A stretch of DNA of 64,000 nucleotides from Octopus vulgaris (Eukaryota), in contig OX597837.1 of NCBI GenBank assembly GCA_951406725.2, positions 17,112,001 through 17,176,000 on the forward strand, read 5' to 3'. The notes under the pieces are model-generated. The model did not search any database and had not been told where the DNA came from. It saw nothing but the letters and a program-made list of their open reading frames with translations. A program made the translations under genes and the position numbers. Below are positions 25,270 to 38,671 of this stretch, one piece after another (position 1 is the first letter of the stretch; each line of letters starts with the position of its first letter).

Positions 25270-27417
25270 TCAATAATATTAATACACTAACTTTTTGTTT
25301 TTGTATGTACCTGTTGTGTGCATCACACTTCAAATAAGTGACAAAATGAGAGAGAGGAGGACAGAGAGGAAGTAAGAGAGAAAGAGAGAGAGTGAAAGAG
25401 ACAGTAAGTGATAACGGTGTTTTTGAATGTTTCAGACAGGGTGTAAGAGAGAAATAGAGATAGTGAAAGAGACAGTGAGTGGTGATAGCATTCGTTTTGT
25501 GTTTTTAAATGTTTATCACATCACAAAAGTAGATACATAGATACATATACACATTATTAAATCAAAAGCAGGAGAGCAGCTGGACACAAAGGAAGTGAAA
25601 GAGAAAGAGAAAGAGAGAAAGTGAGAGAGACAGTAGATACATAAACCCAAAGAAAAGTTCATATATAGACACAGCAAATACTGGCTGTCAATTTCACTTT
25701 TCATTACCACATGAGGATAAAATTAACTCACAAATGGCTGAGTACTCCACAGACATGCATAACATTAATGTATTTCTCAGGGAGATTCAACTTCACATAA
25801 TATATAAGGTTGGCCCCTTTGAATTACAGCTACAACTTGAGACATATATATCTGAATGTATTTGTGTGTGTGTATAGTTTAGGTTAGTTAAAACATGTTG
25901 GCAGTAATAAGTGTTGCATGGTGGAAATAAACACAATTACCAAACTTTCATTCATAAATCCATTTATTAATTCGTTCTTTTGCATTTCAATTCGTACATT
26001 TGCACCCAGAAATTTTCAACAACTGCATACTGGAAGAAATGGAAAAACGAGTAATTTTATCTTCTAAAAATTCTGACTGTCTTGCAATAAATGAAAAAAT
26101 TCTTAATATTATATCAGAGGCACTTAAAACATACTTAAGCACAGATTCATTTGAATTCATAAACTCACTCACTCCATCTGGTATGCCTCCTCATCTACTC
26201 GACTTAAAAGTAGGGGCTATTGTAATGCTGCTAAGAAATCTTTCGATCAGTCAAGGATTATGTAATGGAACTCGCATGAAAGTGCAAAGACTTCATAAAC
26301 ATTGTGTAGAGGCATCTTTGGTAACAGGCTCCAACAGTTCTAATTCCCAGAATTAAACTTAGCCCAAATGATGCAAATACTTCAGTTTCCCCTTCGACTT
26401 GTATATTCAATAAAATTAATAAGGCTCAAGGGCAAACATTTGAAAAAGTTGGAATACATTGCCTCAACCATGGCCAATTATATGTCACATTTTCAAGAGT
26501 ATGAGCTATGAAGAATATCAGAGTAAGAGTTATGACACCCAATTGGGATAACAGACAAGGCCAAAAACGTGGTGTGACACATGCACAAAATATTGTCTAC
26601 CATGAAGTATTGTGAAGAAGACCACTGCACCAGCTAGCATCACCACCCCACCAACCATTCCATCATTATACATCCACATTACACCTTTAAGATCAAGGAT
26701 CACTGGATCTCTCTCGGCATACCAACAAACCACAAAACTGCACCAGCCAGCATCACCACTACCTCCAAGCCCATCATATATATATATGTTTGTCTGTGTT
26801 TGTGTCGATGTTTGTCCCCCAACCACCATTGCTTGACAACCGATGTTGGTGCGTTTGCGTCCCTGTAATTTAGCTGTTCAGCAAAAGAGACTAATAGAAT
26901 AAGCACCAGGCTTACAGGAAATAAGTCCAGGGGTCATTTTCTTTGACTAAAGGATGGTGCTCCAGTGTGGCCAATGTCAAATGACTAAAACAAGTAAAAG
27001 AATAAAAGAATACCAGAAAAATGTTCCGTACCACTAAACCAAGAAGGTTCTTTGAATATGTATGAAGGTTAAATAGTAATTCCATTTATGTTTGTGTAAC
27101 TGAGATATTTTGGTTGGATTATATAGTCGTTGGTGTTACATTACTTTCTATAGTCTGTAACTGTCACAATATACTTTTTTAGGTCTGAATTTTTTGTGGG
27201 GAGGGGGCCAGTTGATTAGATTGACCATAGTACACAACTAGTACTTAATTTATTGACCCTGAAAGGATGAAAGGCAATGTTGACCTTGGCAGAATTTGAA
27301 CTCAGAACATAAAGACAATCAGTCATAATATACAAACATTTCTCATGGTACCAGTACACTGTTTAGAGATGCTTACATTTTTTATGTTTTCTGTGAATTT
27401 TTCACGGGTCAAGCTAG
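25270..27417 (+). mobile_element. Helitron with PIF1-helicase remnant
   Basis: a|TC...CTGTGAA TTT TTCACGG...CTAG|t termini; 26000-26520 encodes SGMPPHLLDLKVGAIVMLLRNLSISQGLCNGTR, INKAQGQT, HGQLYV-FSRV (Helitron PIF1 C-terminus). Confidence 0.9.
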
Positions 27418-27429
27418 TAATATTATTAT

Positions 27430-30400
27430 TATACAATAAGAAGAGCACAATGTGATTTGTAATAGATTGTTTATTTAATGGTTTGAATAATAATTTAACA
27501 GGCTGTCTTCTTCAAGTGCAAAATGTAAAATGAAAACAACTGTAGAAACATAGAATTTCAAAATATAAACTCGGAAATCCTGCATTCCAATTTGATAGAA
27601 TGACAACATCAGTTTTCAATTTTTTAAATGGGTAAAAAAAAAAAGAAAGAAAAGAGGAAAGAAAATATATTTAGTCAAACAGATTTGTGTGCATGTGATG
27701 AAATTCACCAGTCATTTTATTCATTCCTCCAGGGTGTGATTCACAAGTATAATTGTCCTTAGGACTGAAAGTATAGTAGATTTAGAATATTTTCTGAGAA
27801 TGTGCACTTTGAGGTGTTTTTCAAAATTGCAGCTACTTGATGTAAAATGTTCAGCAAATTTTGGTGAACTACTGCTATTGTGCCAGACGTCAAACCTATC
27901 CCCATTGAATCTTTTGTTTAATTGTTGTTATACAACCAACATAAATCAAGTTGTGTTTGATGCATTCTACTGTGTACACCAAATGGGAATCTTTACATAT
28001 CTCACCTTCCTTCAAGAGGGCTTACTTCTGTTATGGCTGTTTTTCAAGGTACAACATTCAGAAACTCCAAAGGTAGTTTTCTTGGATTTACAGATAGTGG
28101 TTTATATTTCTCTTATATTCTTATTCCATCTAAAGGCTACAATAGGTGGTGGAGAAAATATTTGTTTGAAACAAGGATATTTTTCTGCAATATGCTGGTA
28201 ACACTTTTGTAATACTTTTGAAATGCCAGCGAAATTTCAGTGCCCGTTAATCACTAAAGGAATTCTATCACATATTTTACTTTGTTTGCTAAAATTATGT
28301 GTGAAAGTTTGACCTTCCTTACTAATCTTAGCTATGTCATTTACAATTTCCTTTAATCGTGATTCACTGTAATCGCGTTTGATATAATGGTAAAAGCGTT
28401 TGCATGTTTCCAGTAATCCCCTATATCAGTACAAGTCCATTTCATCCTCAAAAATTGGAATTTTGGATTTGACCGAGTTATGTGATGTGGATGATTGGAG
28501 TGGAGGTGGAGGTAAATGCGGGATGATGTGGGCTTGCAAAATAACTCTGTCACTATTCTGCCTCCAGAAAACTTGACTTATATCCAAAATTTCAAGTTTT
28601 TGAAAATCTAAACGTAAATTTTATATTGGAGTTAAAGCTATACTTTTTAGCTTAATGATCTCAGAACTGCAAGAAACTAATTAAACTGTCCTGTGATCCT
28701 TCCCAGACAAAAAAAGGTGTCATCAGTGAACTGTAGCCAGAGTATTGGTTAATGACCATGCAGAGATTTGAACGTCTTCAGTACCTGTGTCACAAATTTC
28801 ATCATGCAAACATTAGTGAAATTAACTGCCATGAGGGTACCCATGGCACAATCCCTCGTCTGGTGGTAAAAGTTTTGTCCAAACTTTACTGTGTTACTTT
28901 GTAACACAAACTTCAATAACTTACAGTGAAAATTACATGTGATACTTTTGTTTGACTGTTTTTCAAAAGCATTCATGCATGTTTCCATCCTATCATTGTG
29001 GTCAGTATCAGGATATAGTGAAGAAACATTTATGGTTACCAAAAAACGGTTTTTACCATTACTTTGGTGCTTAGAAAAGTTAATTTTGGACATTAAATCA
29101 AAAGTGTCCTGAACATAGTAACTTGATCTTTTTGCTACAGGGAGTAGAAAGCCATCCAGCCACTCTGAAATTTTGGCTGCACAACATTCATATCTGCTGC
29201 AAATTGGGTACATTGGAGGAATGTTTCAAACTTTTTGTGAATTTGGGGGAGACTATAAAATGCAGGTGTTCCTTGTTCTGACCATAAAATTCTCAATTCA
29301 GTTTCATTTATGAAATTGTTTTCCTCCATTTCCAGAATTATATTTTCAAGTTCCTCTCTATAATTGGGGTTTGGATCAACAAGTAAGCTTTCAAATGAAG
29401 TTTTGTCACTTAAAACTTCTTCACAAGCCAAAATATACTCACCCTTGTCTATGACAGAGTGCATAATGAGGAGAATTTGTGATGTTATTCCAGGACTTCT
29501 TCCTACTTGTTTTTACAGTTTTCCCAAATTCCTGTCTGACAAGGTTCAAGAAATTCTAGCAGAGTTTGCGAACATCCATCCAGAATTTTATCCAAATACC
29601 AATAGTAATTCATTTCAGTCGAATTATGCCAGATTCAATCATCATCATTTTCAATAAACTTCTGACTCCTTGTTATTATTTTTTTCAAAAAGACATTTCT
29701 TCAGCTTGTGTTGGCAGACAAACTGAAATAGCCCTTGGGTTAGTTTATTTTTGTAGAAATTCTTAGTGCTTGGGCAGAAACTCAGTCTAAGCTCTGGGAG
29801 AGAGATATTGTCCAGTGAAAGCTTTTGCTTAGATAAATTTATGACTTATTCTCTAGTGTGATGGACTTTCTTGGGCAAGTGTTTTTCACAGTCTTACTTT
29901 TGTTGATTTCTAACTATCTTTAAATTTTTGGTTGAATTTTTTACTTACAACATGGAACATGGAACAGGTGATAAAAATTGTTTTGAATGTTTATGTGAGA
30001 AGTCATAACTTTTAGTTGTCTTTCTAGGAGTAATCCACTTCTGGGTGGGTGATAAAAAGTGAGTAACTTTTTTGGTTTTTGTTGGCATTTGGAAAACTTT
30101 TACTTTCAGGAAAAGAACAAATTTATTGTTCTCAAGGCAAAATTTTAAATGTGTTTGCATTTTTGACTGATTAAATATAAACTTCTCTGGAGAGTTTCCA
30201 ATGGAGAGTTCAACAACCTGGGGATTAGTAATTTGAACTTGTTGAACTGTGGGAATTATGTTTGTTTGTGGCAAGTACGGCGTTGTTATCTATGGGGTTA
30301 GTTCTTGTAATGCTGGTAAGTTTAAACTGTCATAAACATTCTCCTAAAATATTGGCCAATAAAATAAGATGATTGTTTTTGGTGTAATGTGCACTGTGGA

Positions 30401-30770
30401 CTGTATGTTAGAAATTCAGTGTGAGAAAACACTGTCGGTTGTATTAGAATTTCAGGAAAATTTTCCACTATTATTTTTAACCCAGTGTCAACAAGTTTGT
30501 CACATAACATTTGTCACAAAAATAAAAATGACTTTTCGTATTTCAAAGCAAATGTTCTCAACCAAAATGTTCCCTTTCTCATTGGCTCAGAGGAATGGGA
30601 AATCAACATTTTTAGTTTCTTTTCCTTTATTGTCCTCAGGGACAAAATTTCCTTCTTTTCAAAGTTCATCAGACAATTTACACAAATGACTGAAATAATT
30701 TTTTACAAGAACATACCTGTTCAAGGTTACTCAGATCCTTCTTAATGTCTGCATCCTTCAGAGATTGACA
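27430..30770 (-). mobile_element. Degenerate Penelope-like retroelement (RT + GIY-YIG)
   Basis: FYSLPQIHK, YVQDTFD, INVSSLYP, FYHQTRDCAMG, KPTSSRIYLHLHSNHP (PLE RT); LIYVG...KRFNGDRFD (GIY-YIG remnant ~27880-27960); 5' boundary approximate. Confidence 0.8.
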
Positions 30771-31860
30771 AAATATAGTATTAGTCAAGTTTTAGCATTG
30801 ATTTAATTGGTTAATCTTTCCTCTCAAATTTCTGGCCTTTATCCTGTGATTGAAAATTTTAAAAGAATTGTGTGTCATTATAAAACATTCTTTAAACATT
30901 TGTTCCAGCTATTTATATTCTGAGTTCAGATTCTACCAAGATCAATTTTGTCTTTCATTTTCCAGAGTCAATGAAATAGATTACCATCAAACTAAACCCA
31001 ACCACTTCCCTGTGTGTTTTTTTGTGCCTATCTTAAATTGTTATTGTTGTTATTTATGATGGTTATAAAAAAAAATCTCTGATTGCTTAACATGCTCCTT
31101 GGTTTAACACTACGACTTTGTTTTTCATAGATTTAACATACTCACCAATACCACTACCAGGTCATTGGATTTTTGAACACATTGCATGATTTAACCTGGT
31201 GCTTATGTCATAAACCTCATATACAATCTGGTTTAACACCTCCTTCTAATCTTTGAAAGCCACGCCTTTAGAGGAGCTCGGTCTGTTGGGACCAAATCCT
31301 TGGTTTCCTCCATCTTCACATATTTTTCCTACTGGCACTGACTTTCAAATGTTCAAGCTGGGCATCAATCTCTCCAATCTATGGGACAAAGCCCTGCAAA
31401 AACCATGGACATAGCAGCTCTTTGTGTGACTTTGTTCTTTTATTCCCTCAACACCTAGGCACAACCTCACATTGATTGGACTTTTTTAATATGTTATTCA
31501 TAATAGCTACATTAACCTTAATCTGTTGAGATTTATCTGTTTACTGATTTTGAAATGAAGTATCATCATCATCCTTTAATGTCTGTTTTCGTTGCTGACA
31601 TTGGCTGAACAGTTTGATCAGAGCGAGCAAGCTGGGGAACTGCACCAGGTTCCAATTTAGTGTGCTGGGTGCTTTTCATGTGACACTGGCATGGGTGCTT
31701 TTATGTCACTGGCATAGGACTTTTGCAAGCCAATCCTCTTCACCAGGGTGAATGCCTTAACATTTCTTTTGTGGAGGACGGGTCTTTTTGAGTATAGCAA
31801 GGTGCTAGGTATCTTGATCCATTGTCATATCCACTTTAAAATGTTTCTTTTATTTCACAG

Positions 31861-32021
31861 GTCTTTTAAGCTCATTAATGTTGCTGGTCACTGCTGTCCA
31901 GTTAAACTGCCGTCCAGTACAAATGTAACCAGTACCAAATCTGACTGTCACGGTCTGTTTATCTATACACCTCTAACCTTTGGTGAGGTAATCTATGATG
32001 AGAAAGTTCCCAGTAAAGTGG
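31861..32021 (+). CDS. TRAPPC9: TRAPPC9 internal coding exon (window exon 7)
   Basis: tcacag|...|gtaagt; 161 nt, SFKLINVAGHCCPVKLPSSTNVTSTKSDCHGLFIYTPLTFGEVIYDEKVPSKV (FIYTP cf. PFIYSP); phase 2/1 fits both neighbours. Confidence 0.88.
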
Positions 32022-32454
32022 GTAAGTTAAATAATAATAATTTTAATTATAATTTGTATTTTATCATCAATGCCAGTTCTTACATACCAAAAGATGTTAC
32101 AAAAGCTTAATACAAAATTACATAACATCAGGAGGTGGGAACAAAAGACATTATATTGTGTGTTACAGTATATTAAAATTTTAACTTTTTTAATTTCTCA
32201 AATAAATAAATGAGTATCCCACTACCTGTACCGGAAGTTTCTGTTCTCTGACCTCTACTGGATGTCGTTCTCCTTAACACCTCTAATGGCTTACTATATG
32301 GAATGCTTTCCACCTCCCTTCCCCCTCCATCCTTATCTAGTCTCTATTTCCTGTTGATTGTAGTGACTATGTAGCAAATAAAATGATGGTGTAGTGTATG
32401 CAGGTTGAAGGCTATTTGTATGTTTATAAGATCTACCAAATGCAAGCGTTTTTT

Positions 32455-35400
32455 CAGATGCATAATGCTGCTGTCCCCCATCCCAGGGTCTTACTGGCCC
32501 ACACCTTCCACACCTTCAGTGTTGGCACATTGACAGGTAGGTCTAGTGAGATTGTTGAGATGCTTGATCGGAGACGTGTAGATTTGTGCTGATTCGAGGA
32601 AGTTCTGCTAGGTTCCTCACAGTCAAAGAACACAGGTATAAGATTTTCTGTGTAGGGAACACTAATGGGGTTGGAGGTGTGGGTATACTCCTTGCAGAGA
32701 AATGGGTTGATAAGGTAATCGAGGTAGTCAGAGTCTGTGATAGAATACTTAAGCTTAGATTAGTGCTGCAACATGGATAAGCAACAATTATCTCAGCTTA
32801 TGCCCTTCAGCCAGGGCTACCTGATGAAGAGTAAGACTGATTTTATGACACTGTCTTGCAGACTGCTTTGTCGACGAATGACAGGGACCTCTTCTTTGTG
32901 GCTGGTGACTTCAATGGTCATGTTGGACATCCAGGGAGCTTCCATGGGGTACATGGTAGCAACAGATTTGGTTCTCATACTGAGGAAGGAACCAGGCTAC
33001 TGGAGTTCTGTGATGCAAATGATCTTATGAGCTGTAATACTAATTTCAGGAAACCTGCCAGTCACCTGTTCACCTACCAGTCTGGTGGGCACACTAGTTA
33101 GATTGACTACTTATAAATGCCAAACCTTTCTCAGTTGAAGAGTGCACTCCACAACATAGGTTAATAGTTAGCGACTTCAGGATCATGGTTAAATGGCTGC
33201 CCAGCATGGAAAAGAAGGGTCTGGAAGCTTAAGGATCCTCTAAATGTACAGAGATTTAGAGATGTATTACTTGAAGCTTTCGATGAAAAAGAGGAGGATA
33301 TAGCATCACATAACGTGGAGGACAACTTAAGGTTCCCACGGAACAACCTGTTGAGGGCTACTGACCAGATCTGTGGCTGGTGCAAAGTTCCCTCTCAACC
33401 TTAGGTGACATGGTGATGGAACAATGTAGTTGACAGGACCATTAGGAGAAAGAAGCAGGCATGGAAGGACTGGAAGTGTGGTGGTAGCAGAAATCTGTAT
33501 CAGATCACCAGAAGGAAAGCTAGGAGACAGGTTTGCTAAGCCAGAGGGGAAGCAGATAAGAAAAAAATTGCCAATGTTCTACACTGTCAGGACTAGAGAC
33601 TTGAAGTGTTTCATATTGCAAGACAGTGTCTGAGAGAGAATCGTGATGTCATAAGAGAGAAATGTCTCCACATGGATGATGGCTCATTTGCATTTAATGA
33701 TGCTGCAAAGAGAGTGACTTGGAGATGCCACTATGAAAGGTTGCTAAATAAAAAGAATGAATGAGAGAGGGAGAGTATGTCAAATGTCAACCCAACAGAG
33801 ACCAGCTATTTGAATTGACAGCGCCTTAGTAGATAAAGCAATTAAAAGTATGAAGACAGAGAAAGCCCCCGGTCCATCAGGAATCACTGCTGAGATATTT
33901 AGAATATCTGGCAGTGTAGGCTATAGTCTAGTTACCTGTATAGTCAACCAGGTGATACATGGAGTCATGCCCAATTACAGGTGTAACAACACCATAGTCA
34001 ACTGCTAGAAAGGTAAAGGTGATGCATTAGATTGGAATAATTACAGAGGTATCGAATTGTTGGATCAGGTGATGACAGTCACAGAGAGGTTCATAGCCTA
34101 ACTAATTAGGGAGAGTTAGTTTAGATAAGATGCAGTTTGGGTTTGTGCCAGGGAGAAGCATCACTGATGTTATATTTCTGGTAAGACAGTTGCAGGAGAA
34201 ATTCTTAGCCAAAGATAAACCTCTGTACTTGGCTTTCGTTGACATGGAGAAAGCCTTTGACATGGTCACCTGATCCCTTATCTGGTGGTCAGTGTGGAAA
34301 CTAGGGATAGATGAGTGGTTGGTGAGAGCTGCCGAAGCCATGTACTGGAATGCTGTCAGTAAGGTGAGAGTTGGCAATGAGTATAGTGAAGAATTCCAGG
34401 TAGAAGTAAGGGTTTACCAAGGATCAGTCCTCAGCCCCCTCTTATTCATGATAGTCCTCCAGGCAGTAACAGAGGACAGACTGCCCCTGGGAGCTCCTCT
34501 AGACTGATGACTTTGTTCTTATAGCTGAATCACTACCAGAACTTGAGAAGTCCCAGGTATGGAAGCAAGGTCTAGAATCGAAAGGCTTTAGACTCAATCT
34601 AGCAAAAACCAAAGTCTTAGTAAGTAGGAAGGCAGACAAATTACAAATCTGTTCAGGTACATGGCCCTGCTCAATCTGTAGAAAAGGCATGAGTAGAAAC
34701 TCCATAAGATGTACCCGGTATAAGCTATGGACACATAAGAGGTGCAGCAATATCAAAGGAGGGTTAACAGGGAAAATGGCTTTTGTGTGTAGCAAATGCA
34801 GAGGGGCAATAAACACCAAAGATGTACAGAAAACAGATTCCATCACATGCCAGGGGAAAAAAATAGTAGTAGCTGATAGTTTCCGCTACCTAGGTGACTA
34901 AGTCAGTAGTGCGGAGTGGATGCTCTGAGATCATAACTGGTAGAATAAGAATAGCCTGGACAAAGTTCAGAGAGCTCCTACCTCTGCTGGTAACAAAGGG
35001 CCTCTCGCTCAGAGGAAAAGGTAGATTGTATGATGCATGTGTGTGAACAGCCATGTTATATGGCAGTGAAACATGGGCTGTGGCTGCTGAGGACATGCGT
35101 AAGCTTGAAAGAAATGAAGCTAGTATGCTCTGTTGGATGTGTGATGTCAGTGTGAATACACAACAAAGTGTAAGCATCCTGAGAGAAAAGTTGGATATAA
35201 GAAGCATCAAATGTGGTGTGCAAGAGAGACGCCGCCACTGGTATGGTCATGTGTTACGTATGGATGAGGACAGTTGTGTGAAGAAATGTCACACCCTAAC
35301 AGTAGTAGGAACCTGTGAAAGAGGTAGACCCAGGAAGACATGGGATGAGGTGGGGAAGTACGACCTTCAAACGTTGGCCCGCACAGAGGCAATGACAAGT

Positions 35401-35852
35401 GACCGAGACCTTTGGAGATATGCTGGGATTCAGAAGACCTGGCAAATCAAGTGAGATTGTAGATGCAGTTGATGCTTGTGTCGCATAACTGGCCCATTTA
35501 AAAGTACACTTCCATTGTGGGGCAATATGCTGTGCTTGAGAAGACCACTTGAGTCAAGCAAAATCATAGTCATTACCGATGCTAGTGAACGCTTGACTGG
35601 CTCCCGTGCCAGTAGCACATAAAAAGCACCATTCAAGCATGGTTGATGCCAGTGCTTGTAACTGGCCCCCATGCTAGTGGCATGTAAAAGGCACCCACTG
35701 CACTCTCGGAGTGGTTGACATTAGGGAAGGCATCCAGCTGTAGAAACCTTGCCAGATCAGATTGAAGCCTAGTGCAGCCTCCTGGTTTGCCAGTCCTCAG
35801 TCAAACCATCCAACCCATGCCAGCATGGTAAGCAGATGTTAAATGATGATGA

Positions 35853-35855
<3 letters not shown>
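32455..35855 (+). mobile_element. Near full-length decayed RTE LINE (family 1)
   Basis: APE (GVGILL, AGDFNGHVG), RT (QFGFVPG, FVDMEKAFD, QGSVLSPLLF), Cys/His finger, 3'UTR, (GAT)n tail abutting (TA)n; multiple stops and frameshifts. Confidence 0.92.
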
Positions 35856-35896
<41 letters not shown>

Positions 35897-36524
35897 TTAA
35901 TGCACAGTATATAAATTTAAATAATCCGGTGCTGCTCATAAAAAAGCATCTTTAATGGATCAGGCTACAAACTACATATTCATCTTATACCTCCTCTCTT
36001 TCTTTACATTCTTTATATTATATCGTAGCAGAGATACCCAGCCTTACTTGGGATTAAAATGGCATAGTTTTTTATTGTTTTACATGTTCCACTCATGTGA
36101 CTGCAGCCATGCTGGAACATTGCCTTTGGTCAAAAAAATCGACCACAGGATCTATTCTTTGTAAGCCTAAAACTTATTCTATCAGTACCTTTTGACAAAC
36201 CGCTAGGCTTGTCATCACTTTTGTGGCACAATATAGACACTTAATGAGTGTAGAGGTAATTTGTTATTTGTATGGACTTCAACTCCTGGTGACCACAAAA
36301 CTATTTGGGAGTTCTGAGTGAAGAAAGAACAGCAATTAGACTGCTGATGCCAGATAGAATGCTAAGTTTGTTATATATGGGGCAGTAAAGGCCACTTAAA
36401 GGCTTTCTATTTAGGATAAATAGCATACTCACAATTCTGCCAGTTCCCTGCCTTAAATAATAATAATAAAGATAAAGATAATGATAATAATAATCACTAT
36501 CATCATCATCATCATCATGAAAAA

Positions 36525-37090
36525 AGCCCTGATGCAATACCAGGCACTAGTTCTCATGGCTTCTGATCCTAACTGATTGGAAGTGTTATCATCTACATCT
36601 TTTGTCTTGCTATAAAAGATGGGCTATAGCAAATATTCTGCTCAATACCACAGGTTTGCTTGTCAGTTGTTTGACCTTAACTAGTTGAGCATGTCCCTTG
36701 GGGGCTGATGATATCTGCATCTCTGATCATGAGTAGAAGTAGTGGGGAAGCATCATAGCCATGTGTTGAGAGGAATTATTTGGAGTTTGAATAATTCACC
36801 TCTGGAAACATGGGTGTTTTGTTCATCCTTAAACAACAATTATCCAAGGACCTTTTGAGTGGAATGGGCTATTCAACCTGAAGAAAATTCTAAATAGGCC
36901 CTACTTGCAAGGTCATGTGCTGTTTATCTTGATATAAGATCACCATGTCTTGCACATATGGTTGTGATGCATGTGCCTGGTGTATCCTTATCAGACGGGT
37001 AGTCATGATGGGTATATTGGGCTTTGTATATTTTACCCCGCTGTCACTTTGATGACATGCACTGCTCTCACTCAATAATAACAATAATAA
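36525..37090 (+). repeat. Probable non-LTR 3' fragment ending in (AAT)n
   Basis: Relatively GC-balanced block between simple-repeat tracts, ending CTCACTCAATAATAACAATAATAA; family not identified. Confidence 0.4.
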
Positions 37091-37269
37091 TTATCCTTTC
37101 TTCTATAGATACACAACCGGAAATTTTGTAGAAGGCTAGTTGCTTTTATCAACCCCAATACTTAACTAATATTTTATCAACCCCAGTACTTGACTGGTAT
37201 TTATTTTATTGAACCTCAAAAGGATGAAAGACAACTTCATCCTCGTTCCTCATCATGAGAATGGCTCTG

Positions 37270-38210
37270 CAGTAGAGATTTATGGAGGGGAAACAAAGAG
37301 TGTATTGATGGGTGCTCAAGATGAAACTCTAAACACTAGTTCATTGAACAAGGGTATCTATTCCACTCCAATGTAACCAACAAGAGGAAAAAAATATTGA
37401 GTGTATTGTAGTAGGTTACAAAATATTAGCTCAAAAAGAATACAAATCAACATCATAAGGTTTGTCTAAAATTACGCTGGTCACTGAGTGAAAAATATAG
37501 AAACAACTCTTTAGGCAAGTGGTACAATCATGTAGCAGAAATGTCTCTGAATAAACCAAATCTTCTGTCGGATTTTGACATCTAGATGGAACAATTTAAC
37601 ACTAGTCCAGATGTCATTATATTTTTTTATTATTTGTTTCAGTCATTAAACTGTGGCCATGCTGGGACACCAGCCTGAAGGTTTTAATCAAACTAATTGA
37701 CCATAGTACATTTATTCTATTGGTCTCTTTTTGCCAAACTGATAAGTTTTGGGAGCATAAGCAAGCAAATCAACACCACTTATCCAGTGGTGGTAGGAAC
37801 AAAGACACACACACACACACACACATATAGAGAGGCTTCTTTTAGTTTTTGTCTACCAAATCTACTCACAAAGCTTTGGTCAGCCCAAGACTATAGTAGA
37901 AGGCTCTAGCCCAAGGTGCCATGCAGTGGGACTAAACCTGGAACTGTGTGGTTGGGAAGCATATAAAAAGAGAGAGAATGTCTCATAATAATCTTTGCAA
38001 TTCCTCCAGATTTAAAAATGTGAAGAGTATGTGGATACCCAATTGCAAAAGTTGTACCAGTTATCATCAGTGCACTAGGTTTAGTTCACAAAAAAGCTGT
38101 TATACCACTAGAACAGTTGGACATTAGGGCTGACCTGCAAATGCTGCAAAAATATTCCCACTTCGGAACAACATATATTCTTAGAAAAGTACTTTCTGTC
38201 TTAGGCCTTT
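37270..38210 (+). mobile_element. R4/Dong-like (restriction-like endonuclease) LINE C-terminal remnants, interrupted by a SINE
   Basis: ETKSVLMGAQDETLNT, ILAQKEYK-HHKV, KVVPVIISALG, LQK...GTTYILRKVL resemble R4-clade C-terminal motifs. Confidence 0.6.
37625..37960 (-). mobile_element. tRNA-derived SINE (family B)
   Basis: Reverse complement matches 59921-60317. Confidence 0.75.
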
Positions 38211-38585
38211 TAGTTAACATATTTGAATTTCGGCATTTTAAAAACAACTGTAGCTACTTTAAACTAGCAATTACAAGTGTAGATAAGAAGTATAAATAAA
38301 TGTTTCTAAAACTCACAATATGTTGGGGAAAAAATGCAAGCTTTAGATAAAATTGTGAAAAATATATTCAAGTATTCAAACATACTTCTTTCAGAAGGCT
38401 ACAAGTTCCCTAAATCTTGTCAAACATAACCAATTTTGTTAAATTAATTTCACAAAATTGTATTGATTATAGATTTCTTGAGATACTCACTGTGTTTGTG
38501 CATGCATGTGTGCATGTGTGTGTGTGTCACTGTGTACTTTAATTATTATAGAGACTTATATGTGTGAACTATATTTCTTGCACAG

Positions 38586-38671
38586 ATTTCCGTTGGGTTG
38601 CTGGAGATGTTTGTGAAGTTCACCTAGAAGTCTACAACCCTATGCCTGATGATCTGCATGTTACACAAATG
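38586..38671 (+). CDS. TRAPPC9: TRAPPC9 internal coding exon (window exon 8)
   Basis: gcacag|...|gtatgt; 86 nt, (D)[28 protein letters not shown] (cf. [29 protein letters not shown]); phase 1/0. Confidence 0.95.

Noticed and set aside
26000-26356. PIF1 helicase-like ORF as a host gene
   Set aside because: Fragmentary, frameshifted and bounded by Helitron TC/CTAG termini
27465-27520. Possible hammerhead at the 3' end of the large PLE (minus strand TTGAAGA-A-GACAG C CTGTT-AAAT)
   Set aside because: Core C3 and the GAAA box are missing; at most a decayed relic
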